Source of the DNA: Candidatus Brocadia sp.
GTDB lineage: Bacteria; Planctomycetota; Brocadiia; Brocadiales; Brocadiaceae
Length of the DNA: 32,000 nucleotides
Reading direction: 5' to 3'
NCBI GenBank assembly: GCA_021650915.1
Contig: CP091279.1
Span: 1,380,001-1,412,000, forward strand
The notes under the pieces are model-generated. The model was given only the letters and a program-made list of their open reading frames with translations. It was not told where the DNA came from and made no database searches. Position numbers and translations under genes: made by a program. Positions 13,294 to 23,436 of this stretch are shown one piece after another; within the stretch, counting starts at the first letter, position 1; the number at the start of each line of letters is the position of its first letter.

Positions 13294-16103
13294 AGAAGAT
13301 AGATAAACTCATCATCAATTCCCCTTACGAAGAACCACGGCAGTATTGGGAATATGTAAGGGATACACGGGAATTCGTCAGGCAGGATGGCAGAAGACCC
13401 GCAGGGTATGTTGTGGCTTCAGAAAGCTCAAAATCATTTGATGACCCCGGGACTTTTATCGAGATTAAGCTGGTCAATACTATCCGTCCAAGGGTAAAAA
13501 AGTGGAGAGAAGACGGCTATCCAGGGATTGCAGGGATTACCAAAAGATTGCTGCAGCACTGGCAAGACCCGGAAGAACGCAAAGACCGGAGATTTTTCTT
13601 TTGCCAGCTGGAGGCCATTGAAACCCTGATATGGCTTACCGAAGCGCCGGAAGCAGACCGCACAGGTATTGACATTTCCGGCGATGGCGGCGATTTTTCG
13701 CGATGGTGCTGCAAGATGGCTACGGGTTCGGGCAAGACGATTGTCATGAGCATGCTCATTGCATGGCAAATCCTGAATAAAGCAGCCAATAACAAAGACA
13801 CGCACTTCTCCAAAAATATATTGGTTGTTGCGCCGGGCTTGACGGTCCGCAATCGTTTATCGGTGTTGAATCCTTTCGACAAAGAAAACTACTATGAGGA
13901 ATTCAACATCGTTCCATCGGGTTTGATGGAATCACTTCGGCAGGGAAAGGTAAAGATCGTCAACTGGCACACTCTTGCCTGGGACAGCGAAGAAAGACTG
14001 GCAAAGAAGAAGACCGTTGATAAACGGGGAGCCAAAAGCGATGAGGCATATGTGCGGGATGTGCTGGGCGATATGGCAAATGCAACAAATCTTATCGTTA
14101 TTAACGATGAGGCGCACCATGCCTGGCGTGTTCCGGCAGAAAGCAAAATGAAAGGCGTAAAGAAAGAAGATATTGAAGAAAGCACCGTTTGGGTGGGTGG
14201 ACTGGACAGGATTCACAGGGCAAGGGGCATCATCCGGTGTTTCGACTTATCGGCCACGCCATTTGCCCCATCAGGCAAAAAGGCAAATGAAGAGGCCTTA
14301 TTTCCCTGGATTGTCAGTGATTTCGGGTTGAATGATGCGATTGAGTCTGGATTGGTAAAAACGCCGCGGGTTGTCATTCGTGATGATGCCAATGTTGATG
14401 AGAATCTGCGTTCACGGCTCTATCATATTTACATGGATGCCACCGTGAAAGATGACATCAACCGGAAGGCAGAAGAAGGAGAACCGCTTCCCGACCTCAT
14501 TAAAAATGCCTATCTGCTTTTAGGTAAGGACTGGAAGGCCGCTAAAGACGACTGGGAAAAGGCCGGACATAAAATTCCACCGGTGATGATCACCGTTGCA
14601 AACACCACATACACATCAGCCCGCATCAAATATGCCTTTGATCACGATGCCTTTTTCCTGTCCGTTGCCGGGCTGGTGGATTTGTGCGATCAGGAAAAAA
14701 TACTGCAGATTGACAGCAGGATCCTTGACAAAGCAGAAGCCGAAACAGAAGAAGCAGGCACTGACGGAAAAAAACCAGAGGAAAACGATGACAATCAAAC
14801 CAAAGAGAAGAGGCTAACCAAAAAGCAACAGGCTGAATTATTAAGGAAAACGGTTGACACCGTTGGCAAGACCGGAGAGCCAGGCGAACAGATACAAAAT
14901 GTGATTTCTGTAGGCATGCTCAGCGAAGGTTGGGATGCCAAAACAGTTACCCACATTATGGGCCTGCGGGCATTTAGCAGCCAGTTATTGTGCGAACAGG
15001 TGGTAGGTCGTGGTTTACGGAGGACTTCGTACGATGTAGGAAAAGACGGTTTATTTGAACCAGAGTATGTGAACATCTTCGGCGTGCCTTTCACCTTTAT
15101 GCCTCACGAGGGGACCGACGGGCCGCCCCCACCGCCTCCACCCCCAAAAACCAGGATTGAACCGGTGGAAGAAAAGGCGGAACACAAAATTTCATTCCCG
15201 AACATCCTGAGGATTGACCATGTGTACCAACCGCAACTGTCTCTTAACCTGGAAAAGGTCAAACCGCTTGAACTTGACCCGTACGAATCAATCACAGGGG
15301 CAGAGTTAGCCGCAATTATCGCGGGAAAGCCAAATCCGGCGGCGCTGACTGAGATCGATTTAAAAGAAATTGGCGAGAAATTCCGCATGCAGTCTATCAT
15401 TTTCAGAATTGCATCCTCGATTTACAATTCAGAAAAAAAACCAGACTGGAAGGGAAGCAAGGAAACGTTTTTGATTCAGCTTATTGGCATTATTGAACAA
15501 TTCATTTATTCGGACAGAATCAGGATAAAAAATCCGTTATTCAATGAGAATGAAGTAAAAAAGAGAATCCTGAGTATGCTGAATTTGAACAAGGTCATTC
15601 AGCATATCTGGAATGAACTACGGGCAGAGAACACGACTCAGCTCACTCCGGTTTTTGACAAGGAACATCCTATCCGTTCGACTGCTGATGTGCGCACCTG
15701 GTGGACAAGCAAACCATGTGAGGGTTTTGGGAAAAGCCATATCAATTTTACTGTAGTTGACAGCAAGATGGAATTTCTTGAGGCACGAACCATCAATGAT
15801 TGCGAGGCTGTGGAATCATTCGTGAAGAACGACCATTTAGGTTTCGCCATTCTTTACAACCATCAGGGAGTGATCAGGAGATATTTTCCCGATTTTATTA
15901 TCAGATTGAAGAATGGAGAATATCTCATTCTTGAAACCAAAGGGCACGATAGTGAACAGAATAAAACCAAGAGGGCATTTTTAGACGAGTGGTGCAAGGC
16001 AGTGAATCATCATGGTGGTTTTGGCAAGTGGACTGGGGCGGTGTCTTTCGATCCCAACGACCTTGAAAAGGTGTTACAAGATGTCAATAATTATACGAAA
16101 TAA
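13290..16103 (+). CDS. res: Type III restriction enzyme Res subunit: SF2 helicase/ATPase with a C-terminal PD-(D/E)xK-like nuclease (937 aa)
   Basis: Walker A is KMATGSGKT and the DEAH box is VINDEAHHAW. Motif VI-like GRGLRR is present. The C-terminal YFPDFIIRLKNGEYLILETKG is a D...E-x-K nuclease core. The frame is uninterrupted. Confidence 0.85.
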   Translation: MKKIDKLIINSPYEEPRQYWEYVRDTREFVRQDGRRPAGYVVASESSKSFDDPGTFIEIKLVNTIRPRVKKWREDGYPGIAGITKRLLQHWQDPEERKDRRFFFCQLEAIETLIWLTEAPEADRTGIDISGDGGDFSRWCCKMATGSGKTIVMSMLIAWQILNKAANNKDTHFSKNILVVAPGLTVRNRLSVLNPFDKENYYEEFNIVPSGLMESLRQGKVKIVNWHTLAWDSEERLAKKKTVDKRGAKSDEAYVRDVLGDMANATNLIVINDEAHHAWRVPAESKMKGVKKEDIEESTVWVGGLDRIHRARGIIRCFDLSATPFAPSGKKANEEALFPWIVSDFGLNDAIESGLVKTPRVVIRDDANVDENLRSRLYHIYMDATVKDDINRKAEEGEPLPDLIKNAYLLLGKDWKAAKDDWEKAGHKIPPVMITVANTTYTSARIKYAFDHDAFFLSVAGLVDLCDQEKILQIDSRILDKAEAETEEAGTDGKKPEENDDNQTKEKRLTKKQQAELLRKTVDTVGKTGEPGEQIQNVISVGMLSEGWDAKTVTHIMGLRAFSSQLLCEQVVGRGLRRTSYDVGKDGLFEPEYVNIFGVPFTFMPHEGTDGPPPPPPPPKTRIEPVEEKAEHKISFPNILRIDHVYQPQLSLNLEKVKPLELDPYESITGAELAAIIAGKPNPAALTEIDLKEIGEKFRMQSIIFRIASSIYNSEKKPDWKGSKETFLIQLIGIIEQFIYSDRIRIKNPLFNENEVKKRILSMLNLNKVIQHIWNELRAENTTQLTPVFDKEHPIRSTADVRTWWTSKPCEGFGKSHINFTVVDSKMEFLEARTINDCEAVESFVKNDHLGFAILYNHQGVIRRYFPDFIIRLKNGEYLILETKGHDSEQNKTKRAFLDEWCKAVNHHGGFGKWTGAVSFDPNDLEKVLQDVNNYTK

Positions 16104-16143
16104 GCATGTTCTTCTAAGAAACGGATTTTACGTGGAATACCGT

Positions 16144-16218
16144 GCAGGGCAGGTTTGAAACCTGCCCCTACGAGACAATATTATTTATAGAGAGCATTTT
16201 CAAAACGCTAAATTGTTA
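16144..16218. repeat. GTAG-type palindrome plus a single MITE TIR downstream of res
   Basis: GCAGGGCAGGTTTGAAACCTGCCCCTAC (16144-16171) is followed by TTTTCAAAACGCTAAATTGTTAC (16196-18). It may double as the res terminator. Confidence 0.55.
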
Positions 16219-16270
16219 CCAATTCTTTTAGTAGAAACACACAAACACAAAGACTATTTCGGAGGAGAGA

Positions 16271-16930
16271 ATGAAGATTATTTCTTTTGGCGACATCCAT
16301 GAAGACATCAGGAATCTTAGTATGATGAGGTCAGAACTGGAAACGGCAGAGCTGATTGTGTTGTCCGGAGATTTGACCAATTGCCACGGAAAGGCAGAGA
16401 CGAAAAGAGTATTAGATGCCATAAAAAAATATAATAAACACCTCCTTGCACAGTATGGCAATATGGATATGCAAGAGACCGATAGCTATCTGTCTCAGGA
16501 AGGGATAAACCTGCATGGGAATGGATATCTGCTTGGAGACGTCGGCATCTTTGGTTGCGGCGGTTCAAGTGCGACTCCCTTTCATACGCCGTCAGAAATC
16601 AGCGAAGCAGAGATTGAGCGGTTCCTCACAGACGGTTTTAACAAAGTAAAAGACGCGCGTTGGAAGATCATGGTCTGTCATACCCCACCAAAAGACACAA
16701 CAACAGACATCATTCAAAATGGCATGCACGTGGGGAGTCAAACGGTTAGGGATTTTATTCTTAAATTCAAGCCCCATGTCTGTATATCGGGTCACATCCA
16801 TGAATCGAGGAACAAGGACAAAGTAGGTGATACCATTGTTTTAAACGCAGGTATGTTCCGGGACGGGTGGTATATTGAGGTCGTTATCGATAAAGGCGCC
16901 CTGTCTGCAGCGCTGAAATCCATTGCTTAA
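16271..16930 (+). CDS. calcineurin-like metallophosphoesterase (219 aa)
   Basis: The motif series is FGDIH, SGDLT, YGNMD, CHTPP and SGHIHES (D-x-H / GD / GN-x-D / H / GH-x-H). Confidence 0.75.
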   Translation: MKIISFGDIHEDIRNLSMMRSELETAELIVLSGDLTNCHGKAETKRVLDAIKKYNKHLLAQYGNMDMQETDSYLSQEGINLHGNGYLLGDVGIFGCGGSSATPFHTPSEISEAEIERFLTDGFNKVKDARWKIMVCHTPPKDTTTDIIQNGMHVGSQTVRDFILKFKPHVCISGHIHESRNKDKVGDTIVLNAGMFRDGWYIEVVIDKGALSAALKSIA

Positions 16931-17554
16931 CCGGATGTTGGCAAACTCCAGTCCATTTTGACGCTGGTTTGACGGAAAGCAACCGGTTGCCTTTCACGCC
17001 GACATGATGATTTTTCTCCTCGCGCACATAATTCATTCCCCGTCCTTCTTTAACGCCTGAATAATCCGTGCTATGGTTTCTCTTGCTACCGCCTGCCGTC
17101 GCGGTATCTCTTCATGCGTGGCTGAAAAAGGCGGAGGGTGGGTTAAACGGAGCGAAACCACCTTTACCGCTGACCGTGCACCACATTTTTTGCAGACGAC
17201 ATGGATAAACGACTGTGCTTCTTTCACCGCGTGGGAGGTCAAGCATCTCCCCGAACAATAAAAATGAGGATTTGATTAATAACAAAAAAATGGTATAGTG
17301 TTAAGATTATAGAGCTGGCGCATAAGCGAAAAGATTCGTTGTAAATCAGGGAGAAGAGGCGATAGGACGGGGCAATAATTTTGTAAAGTCTACAAAAAGA
17401 TATCAAGAACGGCAGCATGAAAAGGCTTGTTTTTCAGGGGAGATGAAAAAATATTTGAAGAAAAGAGGGGAAAAATTACAAAATAGTCGTGCCCATCTTG
17501 TATAATAAATCAGGCAAACTATTCGAAATACCATACAAGGGAGGGCACAGTGAA

Positions 17555-18130
17555 ATGATACCATTATTGAGGAACACAAGCCAGCAAAAACCATTATTCC
17601 ATATCATTCATGAAGACGACAGATATTTGCTGAATACCGATGATGCGGAGTGGTTTCAGGTATTGTACCATTTTCGATACGAAAGATATGTGGGGTTTGG
17701 AGTAGACTATTATAATGCGCTGCATGAATTTAACCAGAAGCAGGCCAGGGAGCGAGAAGAGCGAGGAGTTGAGGGGGAGAAAGATGCGAGGGAGACCAAG
17801 GAGGAAGCGCGGCAGAGATTGCTCTTTTCACGGGTAACCATGCAGGCAGAGGGTGAGAGAGGAGAAGGGGTTTTATTCGAGGTAAAAAGAGAAGATTTGT
17901 CGCTATCGGGGGTATCTCCGGAGAGTATAGCGCCTGGCAAGGTGCCATTTCGATTTGGGGGGGAAAAAGCCGAAGTGTTTTTTTGCTTTGCTGAAGAGTT
18001 TTATCGGTGCAACGATAATGGGGTTTCCCGCCGAGCCGGAAAAGGTGTACCGGTTATTGAAGAGCAATCCCAGTTTTGCGCGGGTATGTGGATTTATTCC
18101 CAGACACGTCAGGGACGAGTATTGCAGTGA
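17555..18130 (+). CDS. IS-internal ORF of unknown function (possible orfA or N-terminal part of the transposase)
   Basis: ATG at 17555 follows the SD AAGGGAGGG. The middle is charged and E/R-rich. I recognised no family. It overlaps the transposase frame from 17955. Confidence 0.3.
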   Translation: MIPLLRNTSQQKPLFHIIHEDDRYLLNTDDAEWFQVLYHFRYERYVGFGVDYYNALHEFNQKQAREREERGVEGEKDARETKEEARQRLLFSRVTMQAEGERGEGVLFEVKREDLSLSGVSPESIAPGKVPFRFGGEKAEVFFCFAEEFYRCNDNGVSRRAGKGVPVIEEQSQFCAGMWIYSQTRQGRVLQ

Positions 18131-19161
18131 GCACATACCAAGCCTTCGGAAGCTGGAGCAGTTTGACCAGATCATGAGAGAAAGCGGGATATGGGCGAGG
18201 ATAAAAGTGGAAGAGGTGAAAGCGAACATAACGAGTGGGATCATAAGAAAGGAAAATGAGTTGGTGGGAGACACGACCCATTATTACGCGTATTCGGGCT
18301 TTGAGACCGTAGTATATAAAGATGCGAGTGGCAAAGAGCAGAAGAAATCGCAGTCAAAGGTAACCAAGAGGTGTGGTTGCGAAGATAAGCAGGGGTGCAG
18401 TCATTCGTGGGGATTGAGTGATGATGGGGCGGGGACAATCGTAAAATCCGGGGGAAAGATGTATTGGGGTCACAAGGCAAGTGTGCTTGGGTATCCCCGT
18501 CAAGGGATACCCTTAGATGCGCGTGCGATAAAGGATGCGGCGACCTTTGATGGAATGACCTTATACCCGCACGTGAAGGAAGTCTTTGAGATGTATCCGG
18601 AGATTCAACCGTCGGTAGAAAGGGTATTGTATGATAGCGCAGGCGACAGTGATGAAATCAAGAAGAAATTCAGGGAGGATCTGGGTATAGAGGTAAAGGT
18701 GTCTTTCAATCCAAGAAGGAAAAAGGAGATCACGGAAGATTTGCCACGAGGAATAGACAAGATTACACCGTATGGTATTCCGGTGTGTAAGGCGGGATAC
18801 GAGATGGAATATCAGGGGGATGAGATACGAACATGAGAAGTTTATCTATCAAGCGCCAAAGGATTCAGACAATGCGCCGGTATGTCGCGCTTGTTATCAT
18901 CGCGAGGATTGTTGCCCAAACGCTACCGGTGGCAGGATAATCAATATCTCGTTTGATCTCTTGCCACACATAGACCCCAAAGACCCTCCGATGGCGAAGA
19001 GGTACAAGGCCATCATGTCCCGTCGTCCTGCGGTGGAAAGGATGATAAAACGGTTGAAGTGTGACTTTGGGGATGATCGGCTCACGAAGCGGGGAAACGA
19101 TTCGTTCCAGGCATACCTGGATAAAACCATGATTGCGTTTCATGTCTTGTTAAGAAACTAA
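17955..19161 (+). pseudogene. DDE transposase (DDE_Tnp_1 / IS4-IS5-like) split over two or three frames
   Basis: The catalytic candidates are VGDTTHYYA, LYDSAGDSD and SRRPAVERMIKRLKCDFGDDRLTKRG (the classic Y-R-E/K-containing C-terminal block). Frame changes are needed in the overlaps 17955-18130 (G7A5 at 17957-17968) and 18772-18836 (G5 at 18815-18819). Confidence 0.7.
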
Positions 19162-19431
19162 ATCTGGTTTTCAGCGTAAAAGAGTCGTCGTGTGGAGGGA
19201 TGGTACGTCTGGAATTCGGCTTATTTGGTCTGGTGTCCTCTGACGAATCGTTTTTCTCTCTCTTTGACCTCGCTTTTGAGTGAAATCCGTTTCTCTGTCA
19301 ATGCACACATGATGCAGTTCCGCCTTTTCATGGCTTGTTTTTTAGTTTATGCGCAGGCTCTATAGATTTTCAATGCCTGCTTTATCATATTCCTTTGTGT
19401 ACGTACTTCTTTTTGTGCGCGTTTATTGACC

Positions 19432-20673
19432 ATGAATGTTCTCAGGAATTTCACTACCTATCTGTTGCCAAAGGGTTTTGGCAGCGTCGTTTTCTTCCTT
19501 TTATCGTCACTCATTTTTTTACCCATGAACGCCTTTTCAGAAAATGACCGGCTAAAGAGTTTCCCGGAACAGGTTGCCATTGACGACATCATTCACATAC
19601 CTACCGGTGAAAAGGTGCAGTTTGTTCATTTGGAAAACTTTCTCGATTGTGCCCGCATCATCTATGTCGGTGAAATTCATGCCAATAAGGCGTCACATCA
19701 GGTTCAATTGAAGATACTCAAGGCGTGTTATGAAAAATTTGGAAACAACCTTACGGTAGGAATGGAGATGTTTACCCGGCCGTATCAGCCTTTTTTGGAC
19801 CAGTGGACCGCAGGTGAAATTGATGAGCAAAAATTTCTGGAGGAAACGCATTGGGATAAGGAGTGGGGATACGATTATCTTTTGTACAAGGACATCTTTG
19901 ACTTTGTTCGTGAAAAGAAAATCCCCCTCATCGCTTTAAATGCGCCGAAGGAACTGGTGCGCATGGTAAGTAAAAAGGGCCTGAAGGACTTAACCGAAGA
20001 AGAAAGAAAGCTGCTCCCCGAAATTGACACATCCGGTTTCTTTCACCGTGTCTATCTGGAGCGGGCCACCCGCGAACACAGGGACCATGCGGCCGCTCTG
20101 GAAAGATACAACGACGTACAATGTTTATGGGAAGAATACATGGCCCAGACGATTGCAAACTATCTGTCCTCGTGGGAAGGAAAGGACAAAAAGATGCTCG
20201 TATTTGCCGGAAACGGCCATATTATCTATGATTTTGGCATTCCAGCACGGGTGTTTCGCCGTAATTTCCTGCCCTACCACACCATCTATCCAGCCGAATT
20301 TCAAGGGAATAAACCGACCTCTGACCAAAATCTGTTTTTGTCAGACATCCCCCTGGAGCCTGCTGATTTTGTCTGGGTTATTCCCCCACAGGCCGCGATG
20401 GAAAAGAGGATCTATTTAGGGGTTCAGATCCAAAAAAACACCGATCATACATTGATCATTGAAGCAATAACGCCGGAAAGTCCGGCTCAAAAGGCTGGAT
20501 TCCAGATAGGTGACACGATCCTTTCCGTCGATGGGAAAACGGTGAAAAGCGTTATGGAACTGGTGCATTACCTCCAGACGAAGCGCTTTGGAGAAACCTG
20601 CACGGTGGTAATCGAACGGAGCGGAAACAGTATTTCCTGTGAAGTCACTCTGTTTGAGATAAAACATCCATGA
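19432..20673 (+). CDS. ChaN-like haem-binding/uptake family protein fused to a C-terminal PDZ domain; signal peptide
   Basis: ATG at 19432 precedes a hydrophobic leader. IIYVGEIHANKASHQVQLKIL...VGMEMF...LIALNAP is typical of the ChaN/Cofac_haem_bdg family. The C-terminal GVQI...ITPESPAQKAGFQIGDTILSVDGKTV is a PDZ fold. Confidence 0.65.
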   Translation: MNVLRNFTTYLLPKGFGSVVFFLLSSLIFLPMNAFSENDRLKSFPEQVAIDDIIHIPTGEKVQFVHLENFLDCARIIYVGEIHANKASHQVQLKILKACYEKFGNNLTVGMEMFTRPYQPFLDQWTAGEIDEQKFLEETHWDKEWGYDYLLYKDIFDFVREKKIPLIALNAPKELVRMVSKKGLKDLTEEERKLLPEIDTSGFFHRVYLERATREHRDHAAALERYNDVQCLWEEYMAQTIANYLSSWEGKDKKMLVFAGNGHIIYDFGIPARVFRRNFLPYHTIYPAEFQGNKPTSDQNLFLSDIPLEPADFVWVIPPQAAMEKRIYLGVQIQKNTDHTLIIEAITPESPAQKAGFQIGDTILSVDGKTVKSVMELVHYLQTKRFGETCTVVIERSGNSISCEVTLFEIKHP

Positions 20674-20745
20674 GCCTCTGGCTTACCAGGAAGAAGGGGA
20701 TGGATCACCTCATAAATAAATTTTCTTAATTATTTTACACCTACC

Positions 20746-23430
20746 ATGCAAACAAAGCTATCACCGCAATATAATCCCAAAGAAATCGAAGACAAATGGT
20801 ACCATTTCTGGGAGCAAGAGGGAAGTTTTCACAGCGTGCCAGACTCATCAAAGAAGCCCTATACTATCGTTATCCCTCCCCCCAATATAACCGGCGTCCT
20901 TCATATGGGACATGCCCTGAACAATATTCTTCAGGATATTTTAATCCGCTGGCGACGCATGCAGGGATACAACACCCTCTGGATGCCAGGCACAGATCAT
21001 GCCGGTATTGCCACCCAAAATGTGGTTGAGCGGGAACTGGGAACCAAACGAATCAAGCGCGAACAACTGGGGCGGGAGCGTTTTGTGGAAGAGGTCTGGA
21101 AGTGGAAGAAGAAATACGGCTCAACCATTATTCAGCAATTAAAAAAGCTGGGAAGCTCGTGCGACTGGGAACGTGAGCGGTTCACCATGGATGATGGCCT
21201 TTCCGCGGCAGTAAAAGAAACCTTTGTGCGTCTCTTTCAGCGCGGATTAATTTACAAGGGCACCTACATCATCAACTGGTGTCCCCGCTGCCGCACAGCG
21301 CTGGCCGATGACGAGGTCGAGCACGAGGAGCACGATGGACACCTCTGGCACATAAAGTATCCGTTCAGGGACGCCCCGCATCTCTTTATGATTGTGGCTA
21401 CGACACGCCCCGAAACGATGCTGGGAGACGTTGCCGTAGCGGTAAACCCGCGTGATGACCGCTATAAAGACATGATCGGAGAATCCCTCACCCTGCCCGT
21501 TGTTGGCAGAGAACTGCCAATCATTGCTGATGAATTTGTCGATCCGTCCTTTGGAACGGGCGCAGTAAAGGTAACCCCTGCCCATGACCCAAACGACTTT
21601 GAAATGGGAAAACGGCACAACCTGACTCCCCTCGTTATTATGCAGGAAAATGGCGCCATGAACGAACTTGCCGGGGATTACGAGGGAATGGACAGATTTG
21701 AATGCAGAGATGCCTTAGTAGAAGAATTAAAGTTGAAAAAATTTATCGAAATGGTTACTCCTCACAAACATTCGGTAGGGCATTGTTATCGCTGCCACTG
21801 CGTTATCGAGCCTTACCTTTCCGAACAGTGGTTTATCAGGATGCGACCCCTTGCGGACGCTGCTATCAAGGCGAGCCAAAAGAAGTCTGTGACGTTCTTT
21901 CCGGAACGATGGGAAAAGATATACCTCAGTTGGCTGGAGAATGTGCGGGACTGGTGTATCTCACGGCAGATTTGGTGGGGTCACCGTATTCCTGCCTGGC
22001 ACTGTCAGGACTGCGGAGAAATTACCGTAGCCGTGGAAGCGCCGGCGGAGTGCATCAAATGCAGCGGCAGCACGCTGAAACAGGACGAGGATGTGCTTGA
22101 TACCTGGTTCAGCTCTGCCTTATGGCCTTTTTCCACCCTGGGCTGGCCAGCGGAGACACCGGAGTTGCAGTACTATTATCCCACATCTACCCTGATAACT
22201 GACCGGGGAATCATCTATTTCTGGGTCGCACGCATGGTCATGATGGGGCTCGAGTTCATGAACCACGTCCCCTTCTCCAATGTTTATATCCACGGAACCA
22301 TCCTCGATGAACAGGGACGGAAGATGAGTAAATCCCTGGGAAATGGCATAGACCCTCTCGTTATGATTGATCAATACGGCGCGGACGCCCTGCGATTTTC
22401 GATCATTGTCCTGACCACAGAGGGACAGGACATCAAACTCGCCGAGAGCAGGTTTGAGATGGGGCGCAACTTCACGAATAAGCTGTGGAATGCGGCACGC
22501 TTTATCCTGATGAATTTGGGAGAGGAACATCCACAAGAAATCACTATCGAATCCGCGGATTATCACTTTGAAGACACGTGGGTCCTGAGCCGGTTAAATT
22601 CCACAATCAAGGCGTGCACGTTATACCTGGAACAATTCAAATTCAATGATGCAGCCATGAAGGTCTACGATTTCACCTGGCATTCCTTCTGTGACTGGTA
22701 CCTGGAGATCGTAAAGACACGCCTCTATGAGCCGGTAAGCCAGAAAGACAAAAAGGTGGCGCAAATCGTGCTGGCAAAGGTCTTTCATCAGATACTCCAC
22801 CTGCTCCACCCTTTTGTCCCTTTTATTACCGAGGAGTTATGGCAGCATTTACAAAGTACGGTTGTAAAAAACAGAATCGATATCCATAAAAATATGCACA
22901 GCAAGTGTCTCATGAGCAGCTTCTGGCCGAGGGCAGATAAACGTTATGAGGATCAATCCGCGGAAGAAATCATGATCATCCTGCAGGACATCATTCGGTC
23001 TATCCGGAATATCCGGAGTAAAATGAATATCCGTGATAAGCAAAAACTGGACGCCGTCATATCCCTCTCCGAAGACGTCGGATATGAATTGAGCGGGCAT
23101 TCAGAACTCCTGAAGCGAATGGCCAGTATTGAGCACTTACAAATCGGTGTGAACCTTACAAAACCTGCCAATGCCGCTTGTGAGGTTCTTGGGAAAATAC
23201 AGGCCTTTGTCCCGCTTGCAGGCATTATTGATCCAGGCGCTGAAAAGGAGCGCCAGACAAAACATCTGAAACAACTCGAAGATTACTTAATAGTGGTTCG
23301 GGGCAAACTGGAAAACAAGAATTTTACTGCGCGAGCGCCTGCTCATGTGGTAGCATTGGAACAGAACCGGGAAAAGGAACTGTTAGAACAAATAACGAAA
23401 GTAAAACTTATTTTAAATGATCTTGGATAA
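20746..23430 (+). CDS. valS: valine--tRNA ligase (894 aa)
   Basis: The class I HIGH motif is PPPNITGVLHMGHAL and the KMSKS motif is GRKMSKSLGNGIDP. The editing-domain block TTRPETMLGD and a C-terminal coiled coil are present. Confidence 0.95.
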   Translation: MQTKLSPQYNPKEIEDKWYHFWEQEGSFHSVPDSSKKPYTIVIPPPNITGVLHMGHALNNILQDILIRWRRMQGYNTLWMPGTDHAGIATQNVVERELGTKRIKREQLGRERFVEEVWKWKKKYGSTIIQQLKKLGSSCDWERERFTMDDGLSAAVKETFVRLFQRGLIYKGTYIINWCPRCRTALADDEVEHEEHDGHLWHIKYPFRDAPHLFMIVATTRPETMLGDVAVAVNPRDDRYKDMIGESLTLPVVGRELPIIADEFVDPSFGTGAVKVTPAHDPNDFEMGKRHNLTPLVIMQENGAMNELAGDYEGMDRFECRDALVEELKLKKFIEMVTPHKHSVGHCYRCHCVIEPYLSEQWFIRMRPLADAAIKASQKKSVTFFPERWEKIYLSWLENVRDWCISRQIWWGHRIPAWHCQDCGEITVAVEAPAECIKCSGSTLKQDEDVLDTWFSSALWPFSTLGWPAETPELQYYYPTSTLITDRGIIYFWVARMVMMGLEFMNHVPFSNVYIHGTILDEQGRKMSKSLGNGIDPLVMIDQYGADALRFSIIVLTTEGQDIKLAESRFEMGRNFTNKLWNAARFILMNLGEEHPQEITIESADYHFEDTWVLSRLNSTIKACTLYLEQFKFNDAAMKVYDFTWHSFCDWYLEIVKTRLYEPVSQKDKKVAQIVLAKVFHQILHLLHPFVPFITEELWQHLQSTVVKNRIDIHKNMHSKCLMSSFWPRADKRYEDQSAEEIMIILQDIIRSIRNIRSKMNIRDKQKLDAVISLSEDVGYELSGHSELLKRMASIEHLQIGVNLTKPANAACEVLGKIQAFVPLAGIIDPGAEKERQTKHLKQLEDYLIVVRGKLENKNFTARAPAHVVALEQNREKELLEQITKVKLILNDLG

Positions 23431-23436
23431 GGAACT

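Larger units (their letters stand above)
17308..19364 (+). mobile_element. 2057-bp insertion sequence (IS4/IS5-superfamily-like)
   Basis: Terminal IRs are TATAGAGCTGGCGCATAAGC (17308-17327) and GTTTATGCGCAGGCTCTATA (19345-19364), 17/20 complementary. GAT lies on both flanks (17305-17307 and 19365-19367). It encloses the broken DDE transposase. Confidence 0.7.

Noticed and set aside
13434-15400. Several 90-125-aa minus-strand ORFs antisense to res, and similar ones antisense to valS (e.g. 22120-22566)
   Set aside because: They are antisense shadows of long, well-supported genes, with no independent evidence.
314-16218. Recurring 23-nt motif (TTTTCAAAAAACTAAATTGTTAC) as a possible CRISPR array
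   Set aside because: The copies occur in both orientations as inverted pairs and have irregular spacing (131 bp to several kb). They are flanked by TSDs. This is MITE TIR behaviour, not a direct-repeat/spacer array, and no cas genes are present.
17033-17242. 69-aa minus-strand ORF (..CKKCGARS...EEIPRRQAVARETIARIIQALKKDGE) as a small regulator
   Set aside because: It has only a TTG start and no RBS. The frame extends upstream without a start codon. The C-terminus looks like the HTH end of a Crp/Fnr-type regulator cut by a stop. It is most likely a gene fragment next to the IS, so I did not annotate it as a feature.
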